The position numbers and the translations under genes are program-made. A DNA stretch of 56,106 nucleotides. It comes from a virus. Taxonomy: Duplodnaviria; Caudoviricetes. The notes below the pieces were generated by a model. The model had not been told where the DNA came from. It did no database searches and worked only from the letters and a program-made list of their open reading frames with translations. This document shows positions 28,916 to 38,517 of the stretch, one piece after another. Each line of letters starts with the position of its first letter. Positions within the stretch are counted from its first letter, which is position 1. The stretch spans positions 1 to 56,106 of IMG/VR virus record IMGVR_UViG_3300030106_002316; one strand, written 5' to 3'.

Positions 28916-29550
28916 TAGTTTTCCTCCATTTTAACGGAAACGTTCATACTAAAGGAACGCCTTTCTCCTTTGGTCTTAAACGGGTAAACCGTGTGCATAA
29001 GATACCGAGGGAATAAATAAAAATCTCCAACTTTAGGTTCAATAAGAAGAGTATGAGCATTAAAGTCTTGCGGTGTTCCATAAACAAACTCTATATGTCC
29101 TCTTGCACTTCTTGTTGTTTCTGATTCACTCTTAAACTCTTTCTCTATTCCTTTCGGAAGTTTTAGGTATCCTACTGAGGATAGAGAGCAGTATGTGTGA
29201 ATGTGTATTGGATTAAAGTCGTTCTCAAACTGTCTTACGTACCACGCTGTTCCAAGTTTGAATGGTCTTCCATCTTTGCTTTCTGTTACGTGCTTTACGT
29301 AAGCATCTACTAATGCTTCAAAGTAACCATCGTACTTTTTTCTTAGATTGTCAGGTACACGTAATTCGTGTTTTACTTTGCCAACTAAGTGTGGCGACCA
29401 ATCCAATTCTTTTACTCGTTTTTCGTCCTTTACTATCTTCTCAAGTTCCTCGTTATAATCATCCATAAGTTCTTGAGGAAGTTCCGACTTTACTATGAAT
29501 GGCCCGAAAGGACGAACAAGCATAAAAGGTATTTCTTGACCAGCTTTCAT
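28915..29550 (-). CDS. 2OG-Fe(II) oxygenase superfamily protein (TIGR02466-like)
   Basis: NPIHIH, LSSVGYL, FP.YL.HTVYPF, RRSFSMN. Confidence 0.8.
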   Translation of the reverse strand: MKAGQEIPFMLVRPFGPFIVKSELPQELMDDYNEELEKIVKDEKRVKELDWSPHLVGKVKHELRVPDNLRKKYDGYFEALVDAYVKHVTESKDGRPFKLGTAWYVRQFENDFNPIHIHTYCSLSSVGYLKLPKGIEKEFKSESETTRSARGHIEFVYGTPQDFNAHTLLIEPKVGDFYLFPRYLMHTVYPFKTKGERRSFSMNVSVKMEEN

Positions 29551-29551
29551 C

Positions 29552-30184
29552 CTATTTACCCCATTCTTTCTTAAGGTAGTTTTGTATAAGGACAGACTTT
29601 ACGAATATGCTGTTGCTGTCTTTGGATAGGTGCTGGTTTACCTCATATACATTCTTTAATATGAAGGATTGTTCGTAAGAAATATTTGAAGAAAACCATC
29701 CAAGTACATTTGTTCTCAAGCCTTTTGTTACTTCTTGTACCCCGTGTGTATAAGTTATGGGGAATATGGCAGCTTCTCCCGCCTTTAATTTTCGGCCTAT
29801 GGTTCCTACTTCAGTGTTAAAATATATTTCTCCACCTTCATAATCATCGTTTAGATTGATAGAAAAGCCGTAGTCAAAGTGTACATTGTTGGACTTAGGG
29901 TAGGCTTTGAAGTTATCAACATGAAGATTATAGTAATCTCCTTTTTTATATTGGTTGTAGTAGTTAACTGAGACTCTTGTTGGGCAGTACACGCTATCTA
30001 TGTAGTGAGCATCGTATATCTTGTTAATTATTATCTTACGAATGTCTTCAGGTACGCCTAATGATTCTTTATTCTTTTTTATGCCTTCTATTGGCTGTGA
30101 TTTAGCGCCATTTTTAAATGTATCTTTTGTAATACCGTCTAAACAAGTCTTAATTTCATCGTCAGTAAGTAATTTAATAAACAT
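29552..30184 (-). CDS. PKHD-type 2OG-Fe(II) hydroxylase
   Basis: HxD (YYNLHVDN), DYEGGE, HGVQEVTKGLR; start placed at MFIKLL behind RBS AAGGGG. Confidence 0.85.
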   Translation of the reverse strand: MFIKLLTDDEIKTCLDGITKDTFKNGAKSQPIEGIKKNKESLGVPEDIRKIIINKIYDAHYIDSVYCPTRVSVNYYNQYKKGDYYNLHVDNFKAYPKSNNVHFDYGFSINLNDDYEGGEIYFNTEVGTIGRKLKAGEAAIFPITYTHGVQEVTKGLRTNVLGWFSSNISYEQSFILKNVYEVNQHLSKDSNSIFVKSVLIQNYLKKEWGK

Positions 30185-30216
30185 GTTATATCCCCTTTCA
30201 TCAGGACAATTGAACA

Positions 30217-30253
30217 AAGCAAAGAAAGGTGTGGGATTTTTGCAGAACCCCAC
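30217..30253 (-). terminator. Intrinsic terminator downstream of the capsid genes
   Basis: GTGGGGTT-loop-AATCCCAC stem followed by a U-rich tract on the minus strand. Confidence 0.65.
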
Positions 30254-30274
30254 AAAACTGTTAGTTTGGTGTGA

Positions 30275-30751
30275 TTACGTACCAGAAGATACCGTAGCCG
30301 ACTCAGTTGGGTTTTTAGACACATCTGCCAACACAACATGAATACGGAAACGAAGTGCAGATTCACCAGTAGAGCCACCATCTAAGATGAGAGCGTCAAT
30401 AGTATCAGCACTTGTCAAGATACGAGCGTTAGAGCCAGATGCTCCAACAGCAGCTTCTAAGAATGGGGTGAAGCCAGCAGCGCAAGCAGAACCGTCTACA
30501 AAACAGTCTACGTCACCGCCAGTAACACCAACGTCCAAAGTGATCTGACCATTGCCTCGTGCTTCGAGAACTTCCAAGCACCCTGCAACAACCATTGTAT
30601 CCGCAGGAACGTCAATCAATTGAACAACGTCACCGCCAGTACCACCGTCAGCCGTATCCCATACAGGAGAAGTCATCACGTAAGGCACTGCAGCGTTAGC
30701 TGGATGTCCAGCAGTTCCACCACCAGTAGCCGTTCTATTATAAGTAGCCAT
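30275..30751 (-). CDS. Capsid decoration / minor capsid protein
   Basis: Directly follows the MCP with RBS GGAGG; GDVVQLI.VPA.T.V..G..V pattern. Confidence 0.65.
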   Translation of the reverse strand: MATYNRTATGGGTAGHPANAAVPYVMTSPVWDTADGGTGGDVVQLIDVPADTMVVAGCLEVLEARGNGQITLDVGVTGGDVDCFVDGSACAAGFTPFLEAAVGASGSNARILTSADTIDALILDGGSTGESALRFRIHVVLADVSKNPTESATVSSGT

Positions 30752-30765
30752 GATTCATACCCTCC

Positions 30766-31737
30766 TTACGAGCCAAGATCAACAACACCAGAGAACACGC
30801 CCTTGAAGCCCGTTCCACTGCCACGAAGTACTTTACGTCCGAAAACGTGAAGACCACGAACAATGTCTGCGAAACTGTCAGGGTCACGAATAACTTCCGT
30901 TTTCGCAATATGAGAAGCTGTAGCGACAGCGCTCATGTGACCGAATAGGAAGATATGCTCACCAGCATTTGTTGAAGAGAATGTATGACTTGCTGCTGCA
31001 CCATCACCACCATTAACAATAGAGTTGGTTTGATACAGTTTAAAGCCATGTATGATACGATCAGTTACTTGGCCGTTCATTAGAGCAGAACCTGACTCTC
31101 CAGTAACACTAGAATCCATCAGCTTTGCTGCTGCTGCACGTAGTACTTCATAGAACTCAGGGTCGGCTACTAGCCAACGGTTTTCGTAAGCGACATCGTT
31201 CTCATCCATTACTTTAGCTGCAGCGCTAATAACGTTAGCGAGTTCGTCACCAGTACACGCAGAACCAGTACCTGTCCCAGTGATAGGAGAGGCATCAGTA
31301 CCTGTGTCGCCAGCACTTGTTGCAGCGTTGTCATAAATGTTTTTGAGAACGTTATAGTCGTATGCTTTCTTCAAGGTGTAAGCACCAGAAGATGTAGCAA
31401 GCGACTCAAAGTTAAGGTGAGAATGACGCTCTTCAATGTCATCTACCTTAAAGGCAAAGTAGTTGCCTTGATCCACAGTGAGTTGGATCTGGTCATCTGC
31501 CAAATCTTGTGTGTTCACTGTAGAACCGCGAGTATAAGAAGAAACCGTAATGGTTGGTTCCTTGATGATATTCACGGTATCACCAAAGTTCTCAATTTCC
31601 CCAGTGTAATCGGTGTTGGTTATTGCTTCCGCTACCGAAGCTCTGCGAAAGAACTTGAGAACCTTTTGGCTGTAGATTACAGGTACGAAATTACCACTAG
31701 GTAGGTTTTCGTAACCTGCTGCAGTTGCATAAGCCAT
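30766..31737 (-). CDS. Major capsid protein (HK97 fold, P22-coat/HMO-2011-like)
   Basis: GY.NLPSGNF.P.IYS, ITNTDY.GEI.NFGDTV.IIKEP, FKVDDIE, SFADIVRGLH.FGRKVLR. Confidence 0.92.
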   Translation of the reverse strand: MAYATAAGYENLPSGNFVPVIYSQKVLKFFRRASVAEAITNTDYTGEIENFGDTVNIIKEPTITVSSYTRGSTVNTQDLADDQIQLTVDQGNYFAFKVDDIEERHSHLNFESLATSSGAYTLKKAYDYNVLKNIYDNAATSAGDTGTDASPITGTGTGSACTGDELANVISAAAKVMDENDVAYENRWLVADPEFYEVLRAAAAKLMDSSVTGESGSALMNGQVTDRIIHGFKLYQTNSIVNGGDGAAASHTFSSTNAGEHIFLFGHMSAVATASHIAKTEVIRDPDSFADIVRGLHVFGRKVLRGSGTGFKGVFSGVVDLGS

Positions 31738-31774
31738 AAGCTTAATCCTTTTCTACATCAAGGTTATTATTTAA

Positions 31775-32668
31775 CTAAAGAGAGTTCACCACTCTTCCCT
31801 CTTTTGCTGCTTTGTCGATGTCTTTTTCGACTTTTGCAAACTCGTGAGGTTTAAGTTTTGAAATCTCAGCAACAGTCCAAATCTTAGTATCGTCTTGAAG
31901 GTCGTCAAGGTAACGCCGTTGTTTAGTCTTTGTTACAGCTTCAGCAGCCTTCTTAGGCGCAGGTTTGGATTGTCGGTTCGACCTCGTTTTGGAAACGTTG
32001 CCAGTGTCTGCTTTGAATAAATCAATAACTCTCGCAGCCCATTTCGTATCAGTATTGTTTTTATATATCCCGTCAGATATATTAGTTGGTTGTGAATCAA
32101 GCCAATCAAGAAATCCTTGGTCTTCTTTCAAGTTAACAAAATCAGGATGCAAGCTTATAAGTTCTTGCTCTGCAGTCTGAATGATTGCTTCCTGTTCTTT
32201 TTGTTTTAACTCTTCAAGTCGTCCTTCAACTTCTTTGACTCTATCACTTGCTTTAAGAGATGAGATAGTTTCTACTACGTCATAAACATCTGGATACTTA
32301 GTGCGGAACTCTTCAAGTTCTTCTTCACTCTTCGGTAGCTCTGGTATGCCTTTCGACTTTTCTGCCATAGCTACTTCAGCCTGAAGAAGCTCTTGTTGTT
32401 GCTTCCACTCATTAAGTTTAGTATCATAGTGTTTCTTTAAGTCTGAGTATCGCTTCTTGTAATCATGCGAATCAGCCTCGTTTGTAGCATTCTTATCTAC
32501 AAGACCTTGTTTCTTACGCTTTGGAGTAGCCATATCTACGGGGTCTTCCACGTTATCCTCAAAGTCATCCTCTTCTAAGCTTCGCCTATACTGATTTTGG
32601 TATGGGGTAGGCTCAAGTTCTTCAGTATCCTCTACATCTACAGTTTCAGTTTCATTACGGACAGTCAT
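31775..32668 (-). CDS. Capsid scaffolding protein
   Basis: Acidic coiled coil with YKKRY.DL motif, immediately upstream of the MCP. Confidence 0.8.
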   Translation of the reverse strand: MTVRNETETVDVEDTEELEPTPYQNQYRRSLEEDDFEDNVEDPVDMATPKRKKQGLVDKNATNEADSHDYKKRYSDLKKHYDTKLNEWKQQQELLQAEVAMAEKSKGIPELPKSEEELEEFRTKYPDVYDVVETISSLKASDRVKEVEGRLEELKQKEQEAIIQTAEQELISLHPDFVNLKEDQGFLDWLDSQPTNISDGIYKNNTDTKWAARVIDLFKADTGNVSKTRSNRQSKPAPKKAAEAVTKTKQRRYLDDLQDDTKIWTVAEISKLKPHEFAKVEKDIDKAAKEGRVVNSL

Positions 32669-32684
32669 TTTTTACCTCTCTTTC

Positions 32685-32808
32685 TTGGGGCCACACGGAA
32701 CCTAAAAGAGCTAAATAGTAATGTCCAGCAAGTTAATGGTAACATATGGGTAGCCAACGGTAGGTTAGCAATGGGGCCGATAACACCATGTTAGTCGGGT
32801 AGCCATTG
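32685..32808 (-). promoter_or_regulatory. Tandem stem-loops with identical CUAC/CC internal loop in the scaffold 5' leader
   Basis: Two copies of UGG-CUAC-CC...GG-CC-CCA with different but complementary flanking stems. Confidence 0.6.
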
Positions 32809-32809
32809 A

Positions 32810-33292
32810 TTAAAAGAACATCTTTGCAAATTCTTCATTGCGATGTTCTAATTCTCTTAATTCGCCAGAACCAGTACGGTAATAGCGTTTGTATTCTTGG
32901 TGCATGACTTCAGTATCGCCATCAATGACAGCATTCACAAACTTAGGGAACTTTCGTAGACCATTCGATCCTAAGTTAAATACAAAGTCTGTAAACATTT
33001 CCTTGCAGTCTTGACTTAATGCCTCAAAGTTATCGCTGCCAAATTCTGATACAACATTGATTGCGCCTTCGGCTGCAATTTGCAAGTCTGATATAAGTAA
33101 GTTTTCTGCGTCACTGTCTGATATGCCGACTTTCATCCAAGTCTCATCATTCTTCAGTTTGTGACCATAAGCAATTGTGTCGTTACCGCCTTCAGGGGAT
33201 GGATGAGGAAACCAAGTCTCTCCATCAAATCCTACCTTCCCGCCGTTTTCCACAAGCTTCACGTATTCTATAAACTCTCCGCGCATTAACAT
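32810..33292 (-). CDS. Lysozyme (GH24/T4-like), probable endolysin
   Basis: E..., DTIAYGHKL, DFVFNLGS.GL.KFPKF. Confidence 0.8.
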   Translation of the reverse strand: MLMRGEFIEYVKLVENGGKVGFDGETWFPHPSPEGGNDTIAYGHKLKNDETWMKVGISDSDAENLLISDLQIAAEGAINVVSEFGSDNFEALSQDCKEMFTDFVFNLGSNGLRKFPKFVNAVIDGDTEVMHQEYKRYYRTGSGELRELEHRNEEFAKMFF

Positions 33293-33293
33293 T

Positions 33294-36065
33294 TTAAGCT
33301 GCTGTATCCCCTACTTTTTCAACAAACCCGCCTTGATGATAGAAATGGTGTTTACCTATTACTGTCTTTCTTTCCATTCCTCTAAGATGTTTTGGACGTT
33401 CTACTACTTCTGGATTATAGTAGTACAACGCACCATTTGTTATGTCGTCTATTTCATTATTCATTATCGCTCTGGCATCTTCCACCGCATCACGATAAGC
33501 GTTATCTTTTATAGAAACATTCATAAACTTAGCAAAATTCTTTTGGTGTTTTTCATCTTTAGTATTCCCTAACTCAAAACCTTTCAAAGCACTAAATGCG
33601 TTAGGATGTAAAATTACACTTCTAAAAGGATCGTTAGGAAATCTGTTTATTCCGAATTGAGGATCTTTAGAGTTAACTCTGTTCCTTATTACGTGCATTA
33701 CAGCTTGCATTCCTGCTCTATTTTCGCTTCGAGCCTCTCCTAATGCCGTTAAAGCCATAAGTTTCTCTATCTCTAATGTTTTTAACCTATTAAAGTTATC
33801 TTGGTCTTCCTTTCTAATTGTGCTATATTTTTGTCCTTTATGAATAAAAGATCTTTCACCTGCGTCAGAAGCCGTTTTGAATGCTTGATTAAATGAAGCA
33901 TCTGCAATTTGTGTTTCTCGGGGTTCAGGAGTCTGTACAGCAGATGTTTCCATTTGAGTTTGTGGAAGTGGTTCTTCTTGAACATTTTCTTCCTCCTCGA
34001 TAGGTGTCTCTACATTTCCTCCAAGTGCAAATCCTTGTGGTGCAGCAAATCCTTGTTGTACTACTTTACCTGTAGGATCGACCATTGGTGGTTGCTGGCT
34101 TTTTTGTCTCGCTTGTTCCAGAGCTTGTACTTGGTTGTAAGCTGATTGAGTAGGTTGTGACGTATCACTTGTTAAAGCTTGTTCTGCTGATTTTAAAGCT
34201 TTAACAGGATCATCAACAAAACCCCCTGTCTGCATCATTGGCGTTTGAGGGGCTGGTTGTGCATCTGCAACCATCTGTGGTTGTGGCGTTGGCTCTGGTG
34301 CAGCTTCCATAGGCTGTTGCTCTTTCATAGAAGGCTGTTTTTCTTCTTCCAAGCGTTTACGTAATGCAAGTCCTTCGTTACGAATCTTGTCAAGATACTT
34401 TTTGCCACCGCCAAAGTAAGGAACAAGACCTTTAGGAATGTGGTATTCGTAATTGCTTATTTTAATTGGAACATCGTCACTCGGATCAAGGTCTGTACCT
34501 TTCAAGTTAACGTTGTTCTTTATAGCAAGCTGTATAGCTTCTTTCGCGTAGCGGTTAAGCTGCTTTAAACCTACTTGTAAGACAGTCTCATATGGGAGGA
34601 TGTAATCACCTTCATCTGCTTCACGGGGTATGTCATCTTTCACTGATTGTTGACCGCCTTCTTGTGGAGGAGCAGCTTGCTCGTTGACCATGCCAAGGTT
34701 TGTCATCTCTGCTTCTTGACCTTCTTGAGGCATCTGTGGCATCTGTGGTGCTTCGCCACCTTCTTGCATTGCTATTTGACCACCTGATTCGTAGAAACTT
34801 CCTATATCTCCAGCACCAAGATCTTCTCCAAAACCACCTCCTGCAGAAGGATCTACTGAATCTTCACCGCCATCCTCTCCACCTTGTGTGGTTTCTACTG
34901 TGGGTTGTTCAGCTATCTTTTTTGCCAATGCCCTCTGTAGATCAGGAGAAATTGTTCTGATGCTAATTATCTCTTGAGCTAGTTTACGTCCTGCCTTTCC
35001 TGAATTTATAAGATCTAAAAAGTCCTGCTTTAAACCACCATGATGAACTTTTCCTCCTGCTGAGATAAAATCTCCTTTCTCCCATCGACCACCTTCATCC
35101 TTATTATGTTGGTATCCTGGAGTAAAACTTCCTCGAAGACCACCACCTCCAAAATCAAGACCTGTCCAGCTTTCAACCCTTTTTAAACCTTTTGTAAAAA
35201 TACTGTCATTTATACTCTTTTGTTCTGCATCACGGTACATTTTGTCATTGTCAGAGTACCAATATACGCCAGTGTTAGAGGCATATCTTGTTACAAAATC
35301 AGTCGAATCTTTCGGTAAGTCGGCATAATATTGCCCTTTCTCATTGACAGCGTTCCCGTTTATATCCATTCTGTCAATACCTGCCTGATAAGCTGAAGCT
35401 TGAGCCTCATTCATCTGTCCATTATCTATCATCTCTTGTATTTGATCCGAAGTAAATGTTCCAAAATCATAATAAGGATTTCCTTTGCTTTCTTCTGAAG
35501 AAGGATCAGACCCACCAAAAGCTCCCTCTAGAATTGTTGCCATTGGAGAAGCCATCATTTTTAATACATTTGTAATACCGTAATTTGGATCAATAGCAGG
35601 ATCTAAGTTCTCTAGACCCATCTGCTCCATATCAAGACTTGTCCATTCTTGCTCCTGTTTTTGTGGAGCAGACAGGGGAGCAACGACAGGTGCTGGTGCT
35701 GCAGATTGTTGTCCTGTCGTAGTGGCAGAATCCTGTTTTGTTCCTTGAGCAACGCCCATACGTCCTTGAAAAGACCCGAAAGGCGATGATGTAAATGTTG
35801 CAAGACCTTGTGGCAACAATCCTGACTTGACCCCTGTTCTATAAAAAGATTGTGCTGTTACACCTTTTGGTACGTCTGGTAAAAGCTCGTTTTTACCTAG
35901 TCCTGTGTTTTCTGCCATCTTTTGAACAACTTCAGGCCACGATAATTTCTTTTTACCTCCTGCTGTTACACCTACTGGAGCCACTGTTCCAGGAGATATC
36001 GTTGTACCTGTGTCTGTCTCAAGAGCATCTTCAAATTGTTGGGCTATTTCCTCTAATGTCGCCAT
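33294..36065 (-). CDS. Virion-associated protein with C-terminal SleB/CwlJ-like (Hydrolase_2) cell-wall hydrolase
   Basis: LTALGEARSE...AV.HVIRNRV...DITNGALYYYNP...IGKHHFY; central DDIP....EGDYI.P motif. Confidence 0.8.
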   Translation of the reverse strand: MATLEEIAQQFEDALETDTGTTISPGTVAPVGVTAGGKKKLSWPEVVQKMAENTGLGKNELLPDVPKGVTAQSFYRTGVKSGLLPQGLATFTSSPFGSFQGRMGVAQGTKQDSATTTGQQSAAPAPVVAPLSAPQKQEQEWTSLDMEQMGLENLDPAIDPNYGITNVLKMMASPMATILEGAFGGSDPSSEESKGNPYYDFGTFTSDQIQEMIDNGQMNEAQASAYQAGIDRMDINGNAVNEKGQYYADLPKDSTDFVTRYASNTGVYWYSDNDKMYRDAEQKSINDSIFTKGLKRVESWTGLDFGGGGLRGSFTPGYQHNKDEGGRWEKGDFISAGGKVHHGGLKQDFLDLINSGKAGRKLAQEIISIRTISPDLQRALAKKIAEQPTVETTQGGEDGGEDSVDPSAGGGFGEDLGAGDIGSFYESGGQIAMQEGGEAPQMPQMPQEGQEAEMTNLGMVNEQAAPPQEGGQQSVKDDIPREADEGDYILPYETVLQVGLKQLNRYAKEAIQLAIKNNVNLKGTDLDPSDDVPIKISNYEYHIPKGLVPYFGGGKKYLDKIRNEGLALRKRLEEEKQPSMKEQQPMEAAPEPTPQPQMVADAQPAPQTPMMQTGGFVDDPVKALKSAEQALTSDTSQPTQSAYNQVQALEQARQKSQQPPMVDPTGKVVQQGFAAPQGFALGGNVETPIEEEENVQEEPLPQTQMETSAVQTPEPRETQIADASFNQAFKTASDAGERSFIHKGQKYSTIRKEDQDNFNRLKTLEIEKLMALTALGEARSENRAGMQAVMHVIRNRVNSKDPQFGINRFPNDPFRSVILHPNAFSALKGFELGNTKDEKHQKNFAKFMNVSIKDNAYRDAVEDARAIMNNEIDDITNGALYYYNPEVVERPKHLRGMERKTVIGKHHFYHQGGFVEKVGDTAA

Positions 36066-36288
36066 CTTTTTGTGCCTTTATTGTATCTCTTGTTGAATCT
36101 TGTAATTTAATTAAGGTTTCCAGTAAAACCAGCTTCCCCTGCAGTCGGCGCACCTCCAACTCCGATTCCTCCACCATCAACCGATGGCGGTTTAGTTGGA
36201 TTAATTGGTTCAGGTACTCCTTTAGCCCCTCCCATACCTCCTGATTGTTGGCTAGGGGCAGTAGCATCTTCGCTTGTTCCTTGTTCAT
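36031..36288 (-). CDS. Small helical protein downstream of portal, overlapping the portal 3' end
   Basis: RBS-like AAGGG; W..L.EYL...E.RRLQG...L..L pattern. Confidence 0.65.
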   Translation of the reverse strand: MNKEQAKMLLPLANNQEVWEGLKEYLNQLIQLNRHRLMVEESELEVRRLQGKLVLLETLIKLQDSTRDTIKAQKDGDIRGNSPTI

Positions 36289-38233
36289 TTGGCATCAACC
36301 CTTTCAGTATCTCAGCGAATATCGCTGCATCATTTATATCATTCACCAACGCATCAGGATCAATGTCTTGGCTGATGGCTAACTCACGAATGAGATTTGG
36401 TATTTTTATGAATGGTGCAAGCATAGGATTAGCAACTGTTTGGAGTAAAGCTGTTAATCGTTGTGTACGTACTTCCTTTTGTATAACAGCGCTTGTTCCT
36501 TTAGGCTTAATCTCAAGGTCGCCTATCTTCTCAGGTGTACGCTCGTTAAACTGCATATTCCACTGAAAGAATGCTTCTCCCAATGGCTTCAATAAAAAGT
36601 CATCTACGTTCTTTATGACAGTCTTTATACTTAGACCCGCACTTGACATGAGCATACTGAGGCCAGCAGCAGTACGTCCTGTGCCTGTCACGCCTGTCTG
36701 TCCGTGTACGATAGATGGTATGCCTGTCTGTTCGTCAGCTAACTGTCTCGCCTTATCGAACATCTGGACATTTTCTCCAGCAGTGCTAGGAAACTTTATG
36801 CCATTCACTGCCGTACCTGTTACGCCAGACTGCCTTCTAAATATTTTTCCTGGAAATATATCCATTGTCTGTCCAGGAACGAGTTGTGTTTCATCAATGT
36901 CAAATACCAGATTGCCAGCTAATGCTAGGTTATCTATTGCCATACGGATGTGCCCGTTCATTAGCATTTGGCTATCTTCCATGTTCTCTGCAACACCTAC
37001 ACCAAATAACTGATAGGGATTGAGTTCATAGGGAAACGCTTGGTAAGGTATGCGTGTTGGTATAAAAGGATTTGCTACAAAGCGAAGTATCTCATTTCCT
37101 GAGATCCAGATATTTACTTGTACAGCGTCATTCCCTTTCACTTCTTTCGGAAAGTCGATTCCAATTTCTTCCGCAAACTTTGCGTCAAGTGTACCCCAAT
37201 ACTCCAACACTTCAAAACGACTTCCTTGGTAATTCGGATCATCGTCATTAGAATAGAGAGTATTTTCGTAATACTTTTCTTCATAATTTGGCCCACTTTG
37301 TAAAACATTGTCAATTGCCTCTCTGTTAAAGAATGGACGGTTAGTAAGATCACGTACTTGTTCCCTATTCATACGGTGTCGTTGAATCACATAGTCAGCA
37401 TCTTCAACACTTGTCGCACTAGGATCAGGGTAGAAATCCCAACAGCTAACGGCTTCAATACGTGGAACTGTACGATCCATTGGATTATATTGCCCACCTT
37501 CCCAATTGTGTACAGTCTTGTTATAATTAAATGGGCCTTTGATTATGCCTGTTCCAAGAAGTGAACACTCAAAGATTGCGTGTCGCAGAACTGTTACAGC
37601 ATTTGTGTCTAATAGCTGATCTTGTATGCACTTCTCCATCACTCTCGCTGATTCTGCTGCAGGACTTATTTGCGGTTCACCCATACGAGCAGGGCCAGAA
37701 GCAAGGTTCGCTCCTTCATACTTCTCCGCTAACCCACCAAGCTCTGCTGGTTCTGGGCCTTGTTGCTGCATAGGAGTCGCTTGTAAGGCTCCAGGAAGTA
37801 GCTCTTGTCCGTCACCTTCAAATCCGTAAGGATCAGATACTTCTGGAGTTACAGGAACTTTAGATAAGTGTGCGAACTCATCTATACCTACTGGCATAGG
37901 CGAGGATTCAACAGAAATAGGAAACTTGTTGTTTGCGAACAGGATGTCTATGATCTGTCCGTAAGCTGCAAGAACTTTAGTCTTTGTAATCTTTATGAAT
38001 ACTTGACTGCGCTCGTTGTCTCTATACTGTGTTGTTGAGTCGTAGATACCGCGATAGTTCTTGTAAGACTTTAACCATCGTGTTTCATCGTTTCTACGAC
38101 CTGTCTCAGCATCAGAAAAACGAGCCTTAACAGTACCAATGATGCTGTTAAAGTTCTCCCTGTCTCCATCCAGATCTATAAGACCTTCGGTTTCCGCTTC
38201 TTCCGATTCATCTAAGAATGATTGATCAGCCAT
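36107..38233 (-). CDS. Portal protein
   Basis: W...Y.NYRG.Y, F.KITKTKV.AAYGQI, WDFYPDP.A, YELNPY..FGVG; position after terL. Confidence 0.9.
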   Translation of the reverse strand: MADQSFLDESEEAETEGLIDLDGDRENFNSIIGTVKARFSDAETGRRNDETRWLKSYKNYRGIYDSTTQYRDNERSQVFIKITKTKVLAAYGQIIDILFANNKFPISVESSPMPVGIDEFAHLSKVPVTPEVSDPYGFEGDGQELLPGALQATPMQQQGPEPAELGGLAEKYEGANLASGPARMGEPQISPAAESARVMEKCIQDQLLDTNAVTVLRHAIFECSLLGTGIIKGPFNYNKTVHNWEGGQYNPMDRTVPRIEAVSCWDFYPDPSATSVEDADYVIQRHRMNREQVRDLTNRPFFNREAIDNVLQSGPNYEEKYYENTLYSNDDDPNYQGSRFEVLEYWGTLDAKFAEEIGIDFPKEVKGNDAVQVNIWISGNEILRFVANPFIPTRIPYQAFPYELNPYQLFGVGVAENMEDSQMLMNGHIRMAIDNLALAGNLVFDIDETQLVPGQTMDIFPGKIFRRQSGVTGTAVNGIKFPSTAGENVQMFDKARQLADEQTGIPSIVHGQTGVTGTGRTAAGLSMLMSSAGLSIKTVIKNVDDFLLKPLGEAFFQWNMQFNERTPEKIGDLEIKPKGTSAVIQKEVRTQRLTALLQTVANPMLAPFIKIPNLIRELAISQDIDPDALVNDINDAAIFAEILKGLMPNEQGTSEDATAPSQQSGGMGGAKGVPEPINPTKPPSVDGGGIGVGGAPTAGEAGFTGNLN

Positions 38234-38239
38234 TTAGCT

Positions 38240-38488
38240 TTACTTTGGTTCTAGTGAATTGATGCCTTGTTGCTTGTCAGCAGCCATGATCATACCGCTT
38301 TGACCCATGTGCTTACTTCCACTTTCTGAAGGGAAATCTTCTGTAAGGGAGCCTTGGTTGATTCCTGGGCCGAACTCGTTCTTCTCACGATAGAGTTGAG
38401 CTTCGTTCACTTCGGACACAGCCCCGTGTTTAGCCATCTGACCCATTATGTAGCCAGATTTGTATGCTTGTGGATTACCGTATGGCAT
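38240..38488 (-). CDS. Hypothetical protein
   Basis: RBS GAGG; operon context. Confidence 0.65.
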   Translation of the reverse strand: MPYGNPQAYKSGYIMGQMAKHGAVSEVNEAQLYREKNEFGPGINQGSLTEDFPSESGSKHMGQSGMIMAADKQQGINSLEPK

Positions 38489-38517
38489 AGTTTAGTTCCT
38501 CATTTGGTTGGTTAAAA

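Noticed and set aside
30185-30381. ORF-track start at 30253 and ORF 30139-30381
   Set aside because: They run through the capsid terminator hairpin; the ATG at 30184 has an RBS and matches the family start
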